A stretch of DNA of 64,000 bases from an uncultured Bdellovibrionales bacterium (GCA_964605525.1 CAZSCV010000004.1:38667-102666), one strand, 5' to 3'. Positions 9,201-22,774 are shown, counted from the first letter of the stretch. Numbers and translations: made by a program. Notes: generated from the letters alone by a model not told the origin.

Positions 9201-10301
9201 CTAATAATTGAGCTTTTTGAAGTACATATTTACATCGCTGATCCATTTTCTCGCCGCTTCCTGTCCTCCGGTCGCATTGCAATCCGATCCGCATTTCCAA
9301 ATAACCATCTTTTCCGGAGTATTGAGTTTTTTGTTTTTTACGAGCCATTGGATTCTTTTGGCGACAGTATCCACCGCGTCTTTCCGGCTATTGAAACAAG
9401 TATGCCCTCCTGTTCCCATCAACTTTCTCTGCCCGCGATATCCCCAATAATTGTAGCAATCCTGCCCGTCTAAAACTGGCACTCTTTTTCCCCAATTGCT
9501 TTCTTTCTTGGCGATGCTAATGAGGAATGCCGCCACCGTACGATCCTGCTCCAAGATATATGGAAGCATTTTTTCAATCGGATACCCTTTTACCATTTCC
9601 TCTATTTCTTTTTCTGTTTTCTCTTTTTCGGCATTTTCCAGATAATCCACCATCTGGGAGATATATTGACTTTCTTTTTCTTCATTCCATTCATCTTCCT
9701 TTTCTTCTTTAGTTCCATTGCTGAGAACTTCCGCGGTTTCTTTTCGCGCCGCTTCTTCCTGCCAGGCTGCCTGCCGGGAAGAATCATTGCCATTTCCCCG
9801 CGCCGAAGCGCTCGAACCGAGATATTGGTAAATAAAAGACATCGTGAACATTCCCACCAAAATCGCCCCGATCAATGAAAAATTATATACTTTGACAAAT
9901 GAAAGATTGCCAAAAAAATTCTTGGACTGGCTTTTGATATTATCTTCCAAATCAAAATATCGCTGAACCAATCTCGCATATCGAGCGTACAAAGCGCCTT
10001 TCTGATTCGGTTGATAAGTCTTATACCGGCTTACGATTCGACTACTAAGCCCGTCAAAAATATTCGCTTTGGTGTTTAATTTTACTCCGAGTTTGAAAAG
10101 TTTTGCCTGCTTAGGGGTGATGTATAACCCGGAGTCTTCCGTGAAGAATTTCTGCGATATCCTCCCTTTGGAATACAACAATGAGTTGAATTCTTTGGAT
10201 TTTAAGGTTTCGAAAAACCGAATCACTCGAGGATCCGTCCCAACTCCATCCACTTTTCGAATTCCGCTTTTGTTATTTTTTGTTTTTCTGTAATTGCTCA
10301 T
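9201..10301 (-). CDS. membrane-anchored putative lysozyme-fold hydrolase (paralog B)
   Basis: Central TM helix; IAKKESNWGK..CYNYWGY..CF, LNTP.KMVIWKCGS.C, KWISDV. Confidence 0.6.
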   Translation of the reverse strand: MSNYRKTKNNKSGIRKVDGVGTDPRVIRFFETLKSKEFNSLLYSKGRISQKFFTEDSGLYITPKQAKLFKLGVKLNTKANIFDGLSSRIVSRYKTYQPNQKGALYARYARLVQRYFDLEDNIKSQSKNFFGNLSFVKVYNFSLIGAILVGMFTMSFIYQYLGSSASARGNGNDSSRQAAWQEEAARKETAEVLSNGTKEEKEDEWNEEKESQYISQMVDYLENAEKEKTEKEIEEMVKGYPIEKMLPYILEQDRTVAAFLISIAKKESNWGKRVPVLDGQDCYNYWGYRGQRKLMGTGGHTCFNSRKDAVDTVAKRIQWLVKNKKLNTPEKMVIWKCGSDCNATGGQEAARKWISDVNMYFKKLNY

Positions 10302-10409
10302 TATCAACTATTATACAAAAAATTTCAAACAAAATCAAATAAAAAAAATTATTAAAAAAACGCCTTCCCAAAAAGGAAGGCGTTTGAACAAGATATATCT
10401 TTATTGGGA

Positions 10410-12422
<2,013 letters not shown>

Positions 12423-12791
12423 TTATCTTGTTAAAAAATACAATTCTATTATGAAAAATCCCGCCGCCAGCAACAGTCCATCCCACCAGATCAAAATTTG
12501 CAATCTTTGGAAAATAAGCAGAAAAATTACCAGCAAAGATAAGAGTATTCCTTGGCGCAAACTCATTCCCAAATGAACGAAAGCGTTTTCACCTCCGGAC
12601 GTCATTTTGCGCATCCAGGTGAAAAATAGGGTGAATATTCCCGCGAGTGTCAAAAACAAACTAACAAAAAACAAGCTCTGCCCGACAAAAATCGAGGTTT
12701 CTGGATCAATTCGCATAACAACAACCGCCAATGAGGCGGCTGAAATACCCACCAATGCCCTTAATCCCCAAAGATAAGATCTCAAGGTCAT
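12423..12791 (-). CDS. 4-TM membrane protein
   Basis: Four hydrophobic segments; lies between manC and gyrB on the same strand. Confidence 0.75.
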   Translation of the reverse strand: MTLRSYLWGLRALVGISAASLAVVVMRIDPETSIFVGQSLFFVSLFLTLAGIFTLFFTWMRKMTSGGENAFVHLGMSLRQGILLSLLVIFLLIFQRLQILIWWDGLLLAAGFFIIELYFLTR

Positions 12792-12898
12792 ATTTTGCGC
12801 TTATTTACCTATTATCACCTCTCCATTTTAGCTCATTTCAAGCAAAAGCACAAGACAAAAAATTCAGCCTATTTGACAAAAGCACGGCATCGAAAAAA

Positions 12899-13927
12899 TT
12901 ATTTTTTTCTATTTTTCAAAAATTCCACTACTTTTTTCACGTCTTCGCTCTGTCCTTTTCTGGCGATCAAAATTGCGTCGCCGTCTTCAACCACGATCAA
13001 ATCGCTCACGCCTACCACCGCGATTCTTTTCCCTTGCGTACTGTGAATGAAAACATTCTCCGCGCCGACAACAACATTGCGGGATTTTTCCTGATTTCCT
13101 GCCAAAATTTCCGAAAGGCTGTCAAAAGATCCGATATCATTCCATTCAAAATCCCCTTCGAAAATTATCACTTTGTCTGATTTTTCCGAAACGGCATAAT
13201 CAATTGAAATAGACTCGAGTTTTTTGAATTTTTGCAAAAAATCCTTGTTGTTTCGCAAAATGGCGGCTTGGTATATTTTCGGCGCATATTTGGACAATTC
13301 CCCTAAAAAAGTTTTTGCATTAAAAATGTACATTCCGGAATTCCAAACATAATCCCCGGATTTGAGATATTTCTTGGCTCGAATTTTGTCCGGCTTCTCT
13401 TTGAATTTTTCCGCCCGGAAATAACCTTGTTCTTGCTTTCCTTTCTTGATATATCCATATCCAGTTTCCGGTCCGGTCGGCACAATACCGATAGTTCCGA
13501 CATTGTCCTTGGTATTTTCCATGGCCTTTTTCACTGTCTTCAAATATTCATTTTTATTGCCGATATAATGATCGGAGGGAAGCACAATAATCGGCTCGTC
13601 TTTGTTTATTTTACTTTTTTGGAGCAAATAGCGGACTGCGCCGGCAATCGCTGGAGCGGTATTGAGCTTTTCCGATTCCAGAATTATCTGCTCTTTTTTT
13701 ATTTCACTTTCAACCTGCTTGATTTGCTGGAAAACTTTTTCAGCAGACACTTTTCCATAAGTGCTGAAAAAAATATTCTCCGCCGGCATTATTTCCCGCA
13801 TCCGCAAAAAAGTTTCCTGCAGAAGGGATCTCTTGCTATACAAACTCAAAAATTGCTTCGGGGTTTTTTCTCGGCTGAGAGGCCAAAGCCTTGTTCCCGA
13901 TCCTCCGCACAAAATGATTGCATGCAT
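12899..13927 (-). CDS. manC: mannose-1-phosphate guanylyltransferase
   Basis: ILCGGSGTRLWPLSR..PKQF, NTAPA, LPSDH, FKEKP, SIDYA, WNDIGS. Confidence 0.92.
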   Translation of the reverse strand: MHAIILCGGSGTRLWPLSREKTPKQFLSLYSKRSLLQETFLRMREIMPAENIFFSTYGKVSAEKVFQQIKQVESEIKKEQIILESEKLNTAPAIAGAVRYLLQKSKINKDEPIIVLPSDHYIGNKNEYLKTVKKAMENTKDNVGTIGIVPTGPETGYGYIKKGKQEQGYFRAEKFKEKPDKIRAKKYLKSGDYVWNSGMYIFNAKTFLGELSKYAPKIYQAAILRNNKDFLQKFKKLESISIDYAVSEKSDKVIIFEGDFEWNDIGSFDSLSEILAGNQEKSRNVVVGAENVFIHSTQGKRIAVVGVSDLIVVEDGDAILIARKGQSEDVKKVVEFLKNRKK

Positions 13928-13997
13928 ATTTTTTATTTTTTATGACTTGCCTAAAATGCGCAAATCTTGATTTTATTTTATTTAAAATTTATCCGAA

Positions 13998-14939
13998 TCA
14001 CAAATCGACTTTGCTCAAATTCTTTTTGAATTTCTCGAATATTCTCGGCCCTTGAGGCTGGGGAAGAAAAACCAGCGCTCCGCCGGAAGCCTCAATCAAA
14101 CTTCCCTTTTCTCCGGTTTTCGGATTATTCATTATTTTTTTCTTCTCTATTTCCCCCAAAAATTCTTCCAACCAATTCCAGTTGAACATTTTTTCCAAAA
14201 TCCTCCGCACCCTTGACGAAAGCCATCCATCTCTTATTATCATGTAATTTTCCGCTCTTGCCAAATAGTAATTCGGATGGAATCTTTTGATCCAGCTATT
14301 TTCAGCTTGAAATTTTTCAAAAATATTTCCGCTGTCAAAAACAGGAAACATAAAAAAATATTCATTGGCGGCAAACAAATCCTTATTGGTTATTTCCAAA
14401 GTTTTTTCAGTAATAAAATAATTCAAGCATAAGCGGTCCTTGATTTTTTTTCCATGCCTTCTTTTCCCCATCAAATGGGCAACTACAGTGAAAAACGTGC
14501 GCCCCATCCAAATTCTTCCGCTGCGCAAAACTACCAGCAAATCCCAATCGCTTTGAGCTTGGGCTGTTTTCATCGCCAGCCTTCCGGTTACTCCAATCAT
14601 TTTCACGAAAGGGACGAAACGCAAAAACCAAATGAATTTTCTCATTTTTTTGGTTTTCAAAATAGCCGTTTTGTTTCCTCGCAACCGCCTGTCGACAAGG
14701 CCGCTTCTTCCTTTTAAAAAATAAAAGCCACGGTCAAAATCAACCGCCCTTTTCAATTCTTCATCTTCTGTCTGTTCCACAATTTCCGCCAAACTTATGG
14801 AAGGTGAAGCGCCATCGCCGATATTGCAATAATCGGCATGAATCAAATATTTCCAGATTTCAAAAGATGTGAGCGGATAATTCAGGCAATCGTAATAACA
14901 GAGGGTAGCCAAAATATTTCTCGAGACTTGATTTTTCAT
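13998..14939 (-). CDS. conserved protein with nucleotidyltransferase-like motif
   Basis: GVTGRLA....SDWDL. Confidence 0.65.
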   Translation of the reverse strand: MKNQVSRNILATLCYYDCLNYPLTSFEIWKYLIHADYCNIGDGASPSISLAEIVEQTEDEELKRAVDFDRGFYFLKGRSGLVDRRLRGNKTAILKTKKMRKFIWFLRFVPFVKMIGVTGRLAMKTAQAQSDWDLLVVLRSGRIWMGRTFFTVVAHLMGKRRHGKKIKDRLCLNYFITEKTLEITNKDLFAANEYFFMFPVFDSGNIFEKFQAENSWIKRFHPNYYLARAENYMIIRDGWLSSRVRRILEKMFNWNWLEEFLGEIEKKKIMNNPKTGEKGSLIEASGGALVFLPQPQGPRIFEKFKKNLSKVDL

Positions 14940-15022
14940 ATAACCTGCGAAAAGAATCGGGTTGCAAAATAAGTGCAATACCCTTCCTTAAAAAAAGTAT
15001 AAAGTTTTTTGGCTTTTTATTT

Positions 15023-17890
15023 TTACAAATATCTTCCGGTCCAGCTTTTCTTGTCTTTTTCAAGTTTGTCCGGGGTTCCTTGAAAAACAATTTTTCCTCC
15101 ATTGTCTCCTCCGTCCGGACCGAGTTCAACCACCCAATCAGCATTGCGGATAACATCAATATTATGTTCAACAGCAATAACAGTATTTCCCTTATCCACC
15201 AAGGCGTCCAGAACTTGGAGCAATTTTTTCACATCCGCAAAATGCAATCCGATTGTCGGTTCATCCAAAATATACAACGTTTTCCCTGTTGATTTTCGCG
15301 CCAACTCCGTCGCCAATTTGATGCGCTGGGCTTCTCCTCCGGAAAGATTGGTAGCGCTCTGCCCCAGCTTCAAATACCCCAACCCCACTTCATCCATAGT
15401 TCTCAATTTTTCATAAATCAAAGGATAGCGCTTGAAAAAAACCATCGCATAACTCACGCTCATATCCAAAACCTCGGCAATATTCACTCCTTGATATTCA
15501 ATCTCAAGTGTTTTTTTGTTATATCTAGTTCCTCCACAAACCTCGCATTTGACATACATATCCGGAAGTAAATGCATTTCTATTTTTCTCATTCCGTCCC
15601 CCTGACAAACCTCGCAACGTCCACCTTTCATATTGAAACTGAAACGGCTGGAAGTATATCCGCGATTCTGCGATTCTTCCGTCTGCGCAAAGATTTCCCG
15701 GATGTGGGAAAACAGTCCGGTATAAGTAGCGGCATTTGACCGCGGAGTTCTTCCGATCGGACTCTGACTGATATTGATAACTTTGTTCACATTTTCAATT
15801 CCTTTCAATTCTTTGTGTTTTCCAACGCTCGCTCTTGCTCCGTAAAAATGCTTGGAAAGCGCCTTTGCCAAAATGTCATTCACCAAGGTCGATTTTCCGC
15901 TTCCGCTCACACCGCAAACTACCACGAATTTTTCCAGCGGAATTTTGACGCTGATATCTTTCAGATTGTGTTCGCAAGCCTTAATTATTTCAATATTATT
16001 CTTGTTTCCTACGCGGAATTTTTTCTTGTCGGAAACTTTCTTTTTTCCGGAAATATACAAAGCAGTGGAGGTTTTCGATTTTTTCAAACTTTCATAATCA
16101 CCTTGAAAAATAAGCTCCCCGCCTTCTTCTCCGGCGCCCGGTCCCATATCAATCACCCAATCGGCCTCTCGGATGAAATCACTGTCGTGCTCAACGACAA
16201 CCAGTGAATTTCCTTCATCCCTTAAGGATTTGATTGTTTTAATCAGTTTTTCCGTATCCCGGCTGTGCAATCCGATTGAGGGCTCATCCAAAACGTAAAT
16301 TATACCCATCAATTGGGATTTTATTTGCACTGCCAAGCGGATTCTTTGCGCTTCCCCCCCGGAAATAGTTTTGGTTCCCCGCGACAAACTCAAATATTCC
16401 AATCCCACATTTTCCAAAGCTACCAGCCTTTCAATTATTTCCTTTATTAAAACCGCGGAAATTTCCTTATTGCGAATACTTTTATTTTTTTCTAAAAATT
16501 TTTGCAAATATTCTTTCAGATTGGATATGCTCATACTCGCAAAATCATCAATGGATTTTCCATCTATCAGCACATTGAGATATTCCTTTTTCAAACGTTT
16601 TCCCTGGCAAGAAGAACAAACTTTGGCAACCATATATTTCTCAATCTCATTGCGGACATAATCCGAATTTGTTTCCAAATATCTTCCTTCCAGAATAGGA
16701 ATTACTCCCCGGAACCTTTCAACTGATTTATGCGCGCCATCCAATTTGTTTTCCGGTCTGGCTTGGCTCAAATCACTTCCTGATTCTCCCCGCAAAATAA
16801 TATTCAGGTTCTGCACAGAAAGCTTTCCAATCGGAACATTAAGAGAAAATCTGTGTTTCCTGGCCAAATCACTCACCATTGTCCCGTATCCGTTTTCTCC
16901 CATCCTTCCTCCGGCCTTGCTCCACGGGCGGATCGCTCCTTCTGCCAAGGAAAGTTTTTTATTTGGAATAATCAAATCCGGATCAATTTCCATCTTTATA
17001 CCCAAACCGCTGCAATCGCAACAAGCTCCTTCCGGGTTATTAAAAGAAAAATGGCGCGGATTGATTTCTTTTATTTTTGTCTGGCAATTCTGGCAAATAT
17101 ATTCTTGATTGTATTGCAATTCTTTTTCTTGATTTACCAATATAATCATTGAGCCGTCTCCCAATTTCAAAGCTGTTTCAATTGAATCGGAAATCCGTTC
17201 CTCATCCAAATTCTTCTTGTTCAATTCAATCCGGTCAACCACAATATCCACATCGATAGACATTTTTTCCGTAACAATCATAAGCGCCTCGCTCACTGAT
17301 TTTATTTTGTTCTCAAATCTTACCCGGGCATATCCCAATTGCTGGATTTGGCGCAAAACATCCCTTGGGTTTTTTTCCTTTCCTCCATAACGAGAAAGAA
17401 TGGCAATTTGCGTTCCGGAAGGATAAGAAGACACTTCCGCAAGTATTTCTCTTTTTTCTTTTTTCTCCATCAAAACTCCGCATTGCAAACAATGCGGGTC
17501 GCCAACTTTGGCAAATAAAATTCGCAAATAATCATATATTTCCGTAAGGGTTCCAACTGTCGAGCGCGGACTGCGCACCACGCTTTTTTGATCAATGGAA
17601 ATTGTCGGACTGAGATTTTCAATCTTATCCACATCCGGCTTGGAGGACACATCCAAAAAATTGCGCGCGTAAGAAGAAAGCCCTTCCATATACCGGCGAT
17701 TTCCTTCGGCATAAATCGTATCAAACGCCAAGGAAGATTTTCCAGATCCGGAAAGCCCTGTAATAACAACGAATTTGTCGCGCGGAATATCAACGTCGAT
17801 ATTGCGCAAATTATTAACTTTGGCTCCCCGAACAATAATATGGCTTTTATCTTTTTTATTTTCTTTGGAGAGATTTTTCTTTCCGGACAT
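15023..17890 (-). CDS. uvrA: excinuclease ABC subunit A (second copy)
   Basis: Two Walker A motifs ([16 protein letters not shown]), zinc fingers, SGGEAQRI twice. Confidence 0.93.
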   Translation of the reverse strand: MSGKKNLSKENKKDKSHIIVRGAKVNNLRNIDVDIPRDKFVVITGLSGSGKSSLAFDTIYAEGNRRYMEGLSSYARNFLDVSSKPDVDKIENLSPTISIDQKSVVRSPRSTVGTLTEIYDYLRILFAKVGDPHCLQCGVLMEKKEKREILAEVSSYPSGTQIAILSRYGGKEKNPRDVLRQIQQLGYARVRFENKIKSVSEALMIVTEKMSIDVDIVVDRIELNKKNLDEERISDSIETALKLGDGSMIILVNQEKELQYNQEYICQNCQTKIKEINPRHFSFNNPEGACCDCSGLGIKMEIDPDLIIPNKKLSLAEGAIRPWSKAGGRMGENGYGTMVSDLARKHRFSLNVPIGKLSVQNLNIILRGESGSDLSQARPENKLDGAHKSVERFRGVIPILEGRYLETNSDYVRNEIEKYMVAKVCSSCQGKRLKKEYLNVLIDGKSIDDFASMSISNLKEYLQKFLEKNKSIRNKEISAVLIKEIIERLVALENVGLEYLSLSRGTKTISGGEAQRIRLAVQIKSQLMGIIYVLDEPSIGLHSRDTEKLIKTIKSLRDEGNSLVVVEHDSDFIREADWVIDMGPGAGEEGGELIFQGDYESLKKSKTSTALYISGKKKVSDKKKFRVGNKNNIEIIKACEHNLKDISVKIPLEKFVVVCGVSGSGKSTLVNDILAKALSKHFYGARASVGKHKELKGIENVNKVINISQSPIGRTPRSNAATYTGLFSHIREIFAQTEESQNRGYTSSRFSFNMKGGRCEVCQGDGMRKIEMHLLPDMYVKCEVCGGTRYNKKTLEIEYQGVNIAEVLDMSVSYAMVFFKRYPLIYEKLRTMDEVGLGYLKLGQSATNLSGGEAQRIKLATELARKSTGKTLYILDEPTIGLHFADVKKLLQVLDALVDKGNTVIAVEHNIDVIRNADWVVELGPDGGDNGGKIVFQGTPDKLEKDKKSWTGRYL

Positions 17891-18031
17891 AATTTCTTTT
17901 GATTTTTAAAAAGTTATTTTGCTAATTACAAATTGTAGCGCAGAAATTTGAATATGTAAAGAGAGCCCCGCCAAAAGGAATTGCCACTAAAAAATGCGCG
18001 GAAGGCGCGCAAATTTTGCAATAATATTGTT

Positions 18032-19333
18032 TTATTTCAAAAATTCCCTACCTCTCACCTTGCGATGGTAAGAAATCGCAAACCGGTGCGCCTCGTCGGT
18101 TATTCTTTTGATTAAATTTCTGTCATTTAATATCTCCACAAATTGATTTCGAAATCTGGATTTGGAAATTGGAAATTGTTTAGAAATTAAAAATTGGAAA
18201 TTAGAAATTTTTCTGGTCGGTCCTTTTGCCACCGCCACAATCGGAATATCAATCACCAGCTCTTTCCATAATTTTTCCGCCATATTCAAATGCCCGATGC
18301 CTCCGTCAAGAAAAACCAGATCGGGTTTCTGCCAATTGTTTTTGAATCTTCTAATCAAAATTTCCCTCATCATCCCCACATCATCCGCGCCTGCAATGGT
18401 TTTTATTTTAAATTTTCGATACTGCGATTTATCCGGCTCAAATTTTCCGGAATTATCATCAAACACAATCATTGAACCGACCGCATGCTCTCCGGAAATA
18501 TTAGAAATGTCGTACGCCTCAATTCGAATTAATTTTGAATTTATCTGGAAATTATCTTCTCTTTCAGAGACAAGAGCGATATCCTGAATATGCCTTAATG
18601 CAAATATTTTTCTTTTTATTCCGCCGGCTTTTTCAAATTCTTCTTTCTTTGAAAACTCCGCCATTTCCTTTTCCATTTTTTTTATCAAACTTTTCCTTTT
18701 CCCCTCCAAAATCATCCTGATTCCCCGGATATTTTTCGCGTAATCTTTTTTTGAAATTTTACCCGCATACGGTCCGGGGCACATTCCGATTTGAAAATCC
18801 AAGCATCCCTTTTCCGTTTTCTGCTTATTTGAATGAAAGGGAAAGATTCTCCGGATTATTTTAAGCGCGATTTCCATTTGTTTTTTGCTCGTATACGGAC
18901 CATAAACAGCTTTCGGTTCCATTAGATTTTTGGCTTTTAAGCTTTTTGAATTCAAATCGGTTTTGCGAAAAATCATAATACTGGGAAATAATTCTCGGGT
19001 AATAACAATATAGCAAAATGACTTGTCGTCTTTTCCCAGCACATTATATTTCGGCTGGTGTTTTTTTATCAGGTTGGCTTCCAAAATTAAAGCATCCAAA
19101 ACCGATTCAGTTTCGATTATTTTTACATTAGAAACCTGATGAATCATCTCCTCAATCGGTCTCAGACCTCCCCCTCTCCCCCCGGGAGAGGGTTGGGGTG
19201 AGGGAACAAAATACGACCCTACTCTACTTTTCAAACTAGTGGCTTTGCCGATATATATTATCTTTTTTTTCGCATCAAAAAAAACATACACCCCCGGCGC
19301 ATCAGGAAAATTTTTTATTTTATTTTTGAGCAT
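18032..19333 (-). CDS. uvrC: excinuclease ABC subunit C (short form, no HhH tail)
   Basis: GIY-YIG motif (GVY...IYIGKA), RIEAYDISN, PDL..LDGG.GH, DEAHRFA. Confidence 0.9.
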   Translation of the reverse strand: MLKNKIKNFPDAPGVYVFFDAKKKIIYIGKATSLKSRVGSYFVPSPQPSPGGRGGGLRPIEEMIHQVSNVKIIETESVLDALILEANLIKKHQPKYNVLGKDDKSFCYIVITRELFPSIMIFRKTDLNSKSLKAKNLMEPKAVYGPYTSKKQMEIALKIIRRIFPFHSNKQKTEKGCLDFQIGMCPGPYAGKISKKDYAKNIRGIRMILEGKRKSLIKKMEKEMAEFSKKEEFEKAGGIKRKIFALRHIQDIALVSEREDNFQINSKLIRIEAYDISNISGEHAVGSMIVFDDNSGKFEPDKSQYRKFKIKTIAGADDVGMMREILIRRFKNNWQKPDLVFLDGGIGHLNMAEKLWKELVIDIPIVAVAKGPTRKISNFQFLISKQFPISKSRFRNQFVEILNDRNLIKRITDEAHRFAISYHRKVRGREFLK

Positions 19334-19360
19334 TGGCGAGTTCACAATATGTTCCTTAAT

Positions 19361-22240
19361 TTATTTTTTCCGCAACGCTTCGCGCAAGTATTTTCCGGTA
19401 TAGCTTTCTTTGTGCCATTTGGCGACTTCTTCCGGGGTGCCGGCAACCACCAGCTTTCCTCCGCCATCGCCGCCTTCCGGTCCCAAATCGATTATCCAAT
19501 CGGCAGACTTGATCACATCCATATTATGCTCAATAACAACCACCGTATTTCCCGCATCCACCAATCGATTAAGCACATCCAGCAATTTTTTGATATCTTC
19601 AAAATGAAGTCCGGTTGTCGGTTCATCCAAAATATACATCGTATTTCCTGTGGCGCGCCGGGAAAGTTCACTGGCAAGCTTGATTCTTTGCGCCTCTCCG
19701 CCGGAAAGCGTCGTTGCATTCTGCCCCAATTCAATATATCCCAATCCGACTTCCTCCAAAACTTTGAGTGGATCATGAATTTGCGGATAACTCTCGAAAA
19801 ATTCCTTCGCCTCGGAAACTGTCATCGCCAAAACATCGGAAATATTTTTTCCTTTATATTTTACTTGCAACGTTTCCCTGTTATACCTTTTTCCCTTGCA
19901 AACATCGCAAGGCAAATACACATCCGGCATAAATTGCATTTCAATTTTCAAAAATCCTTCTCCTTGGCAATTGTCGCACCTGCCTCCGGCAACATTGAAA
20001 GAAAATCTTCCCATGCCATAACCTTTCTCCCGCGCATCTTTGGTGGCGGAAAAAAGCTGGCGAATCGGAGTAAACAGTCCGGTATATGTCGCAGGATTTG
20101 ACCGCGGCGTGCGTCCGATCGGCGACTGGTCAATCATAATCACTTTGTTAATATTTTCCAGTCCGACAATTTCCTTGTGCTTTCCCGGCACTTCCAGAGA
20201 ACGGTGCAACTTATTCGCCAAGGATTTGTACAAAGTTTCTTCCACTAAAGTCGATTTTCCGCTTCCGGAAACACCCGTCACGCAAACAAAACTCTTAAGA
20301 GGAAATTGCACATTTATGTTTTTCAAATTGTGGCTCGAAGCTCCACGCACAATCAAAGCCTTCTTGTTTTTCATCGACCGGCGCGAATCAGGAACTGCGA
20401 TTTCCATTTCCCCGCTCAAATATTTTCCTGTTATGGAATTTTTATTTTTCATTACTTGTTCAGGAGTTCCTATGGCCACGATTTCTCCGCCATGCTTTCC
20501 CGCTCCCGGTCCGATATCCACCAAAAAATCCGCTTCGCGCATTGTTTCTTCGTCATGTTCAATTGCAATCACGGTGTTTCCGATATCCCGCAAATGTTTC
20601 AGCGTTTCCAAAAGTTTCCGGTTGTCCCGCGCGTGCAATCCAATTGACGGCTCATCCAGGATATACAAAACACCAACCAGTTGCGAACCAACCTGCGAAG
20701 CCAGACGGATTCTTTGCGATTCCCCGCCGGAAAGAGTAAACGCGGTCCGATGCAAGGAGATATAATTCAATCCCACATCGCTGAGAAATTTCAAGCGATT
20801 AATAATTTCTTTGACAATTCTTCCGGCAATCAATTCTTCCTGATGGTTCAATTTCAATTTCCGAAAAAAATCCAGACAATTATCAATACTTATCTGCGAC
20901 ACTTCCACGATATTTTTCCCGCCAGCCGTTACCAGTAAAACCTCTTTTCGATAACGGCTTCCTCCGCAAGTCGAGCAAGGCTTTTGGGACATATATTTTT
21001 CAATATCATTTCGCACCGCATCAGAAGCTGTTTTTTGATAACGATCTTCGAGCCAGCCGGAAACGCCTTTCCAATCCAAATGAAAACTTCTCGTCCCGCC
21101 GCGAAAATGATATTTTACATCAATCAATTCTCCGCCCTCTTTCCCGTAAAGAAGCAGATCGAGATATTTTTTCGACAAATCGCGCAAACGTTTGTTATCG
21201 GGAATATGGTAAAAATTAGTCACGGCGCGAATAACCGTCCCCTGGTAATTATTCGGCTTGTAGCTCCAAGGAAGAACTCCGCCTTCATTAATGGTTTTGT
21301 TTTCATCCGGGATAATCAAATTTGTGTCGATTTCCTTTTTTACTCCCAGTCCTTCACAAGCACTGCATGCTCCGAAGGGAGAATTGAAGGAAAAAAGCCT
21401 CGGTTCCAGCGGAGGAAATTCAATTTCATGAACAGGACAGGAAAGATTTTGATTAAAAACGACCTCCCCTTTCTTTCCCATTTCTCCCTTTTCATTCCTT
21501 TTTCCTCTTTCTTCTTTTTCATCCAATTTTATTTTCACCAGCCCTTCCGATAATTTCAACGCCCTTTCCACGCCTTCAAAAATTCGAGAAATATTTTTTT
21601 CTCCAATTTCCACTTCATCGATAATAACATCTAAAAAATGTTTCTTATTTTTTTCCAATTCAATTTCCTTCCATTTTTCCAAAGAAATTTTTTTTCCGTC
21701 AATATATGCTTTCGAAAGTCCCATTTTCCACAAATTTTCCAAAAGCGCTGAATATTCCCCCTTTCGTCCCCGCACTATCGGAGAGATAATTTTTATTTCT
21801 TTTTTTTCTCCCAAATCCAAAATTCGATCAACGATTTCATCCGTTGAAAGGCGTTTTATTTCCCGACCGCAAATCGGACAGTGCGGCATTCCGATTTTCG
21901 AATACAGCAAGCGCAAATAATCATGAATTTCCGTAATCGTTCCGACTGTCGAACGCGGATTGTGAGAGACTGATTTCTGGTCAATGGAAATTGTCGGCGA
22001 AAGCCCTTCGATATGATCCACATCCGGCTTATCCATCTGTCCCAAAAACTGGCGTGCATAAGATGACAAGCTTTCCAAATACCTTCTTTGCCCTTCAGCA
22101 AAAAGCGTATCAAAGGCCAAAGTACTTTTTCCTGATCCGCTTATTCCCGTAAAAACAATCAGCTTGTCGCGGGGAATATCAAGGTCGATGTTTTTCAAAT
22201 TATGCTCCCTTGCTCCGCGAATTGTTATTTTTTTGTCCAT
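19361..22240 (-). CDS. uvrA: excinuclease ABC subunit A
   Basis: GAREHNLKN, GSGKS twice, [13 protein letters not shown] twice. Confidence 0.95.
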   Translation of the reverse strand: MDKKITIRGAREHNLKNIDLDIPRDKLIVFTGISGSGKSTLAFDTLFAEGQRRYLESLSSYARQFLGQMDKPDVDHIEGLSPTISIDQKSVSHNPRSTVGTITEIHDYLRLLYSKIGMPHCPICGREIKRLSTDEIVDRILDLGEKKEIKIISPIVRGRKGEYSALLENLWKMGLSKAYIDGKKISLEKWKEIELEKNKKHFLDVIIDEVEIGEKNISRIFEGVERALKLSEGLVKIKLDEKEERGKRNEKGEMGKKGEVVFNQNLSCPVHEIEFPPLEPRLFSFNSPFGACSACEGLGVKKEIDTNLIIPDENKTINEGGVLPWSYKPNNYQGTVIRAVTNFYHIPDNKRLRDLSKKYLDLLLYGKEGGELIDVKYHFRGGTRSFHLDWKGVSGWLEDRYQKTASDAVRNDIEKYMSQKPCSTCGGSRYRKEVLLVTAGGKNIVEVSQISIDNCLDFFRKLKLNHQEELIAGRIVKEIINRLKFLSDVGLNYISLHRTAFTLSGGESQRIRLASQVGSQLVGVLYILDEPSIGLHARDNRKLLETLKHLRDIGNTVIAIEHDEETMREADFLVDIGPGAGKHGGEIVAIGTPEQVMKNKNSITGKYLSGEMEIAVPDSRRSMKNKKALIVRGASSHNLKNINVQFPLKSFVCVTGVSGSGKSTLVEETLYKSLANKLHRSLEVPGKHKEIVGLENINKVIMIDQSPIGRTPRSNPATYTGLFTPIRQLFSATKDAREKGYGMGRFSFNVAGGRCDNCQGEGFLKIEMQFMPDVYLPCDVCKGKRYNRETLQVKYKGKNISDVLAMTVSEAKEFFESYPQIHDPLKVLEEVGLGYIELGQNATTLSGGEAQRIKLASELSRRATGNTMYILDEPTTGLHFEDIKKLLDVLNRLVDAGNTVVVIEHNMDVIKSADWIIDLGPEGGDGGGKLVVAGTPEEVAKWHKESYTGKYLREALRKK

Positions 22241-22356
22241 ATTTTTTTAATTTGTCTGCATATTTCATTACCCAGAGATAATACATCATATCATCAAATT
22301 TTATTTCCATCAACCCAAACAAAAAACAGGCAAGAAAGCCTGTTTTTGTTATCCGC

Positions 22357-22746
22357 TTATTTTTGTTCAGATAATATGTTCGCAATATCTTCCGCCAATT
22401 CGCTCGGGGTTCGGTCCGCCTTTACAAAGTATTTCTTAGCTCCTAAATTGATAGCCTCATCTCTATCTCTCGGATCACTGAGATTTGTCGACATTACCAC
22501 GGGAATATTTTTATATTTACTGTCTTTTTTTAATTTTCGCAAAATATCAAATCCATCCATTTTCGGCATTACAATATCCAAAATAATCAAATCCACCGCT
22601 CCCCTTTTTTCCTCCAATATTTCCAGAACTTTTTTTCCATTGACGGCAAGAAGCAGATTGAATTTTTCGCCAAGAGCGATAGAATATATTTCCATTAAAT
22701 CCGGTTCATCTTCAGCCAGAATAACAGTAAATTTTTTATCCTCCAT
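22357..22746 (-). CDS. single-domain response regulator (receiver)
   Basis: AEDE, LDIVMPKMDG, K near the C-terminus. Confidence 0.9.
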   Translation of the reverse strand: MEDKKFTVILAEDEPDLMEIYSIALGEKFNLLLAVNGKKVLEILEEKRGAVDLIILDIVMPKMDGFDILRKLKKDSKYKNIPVVMSTNLSDPRDRDEAINLGAKKYFVKADRTPSELAEDIANILSEQK

Positions 22747-22774
22747 TTTATTTTAATTTTTAATTATTAGCTAT

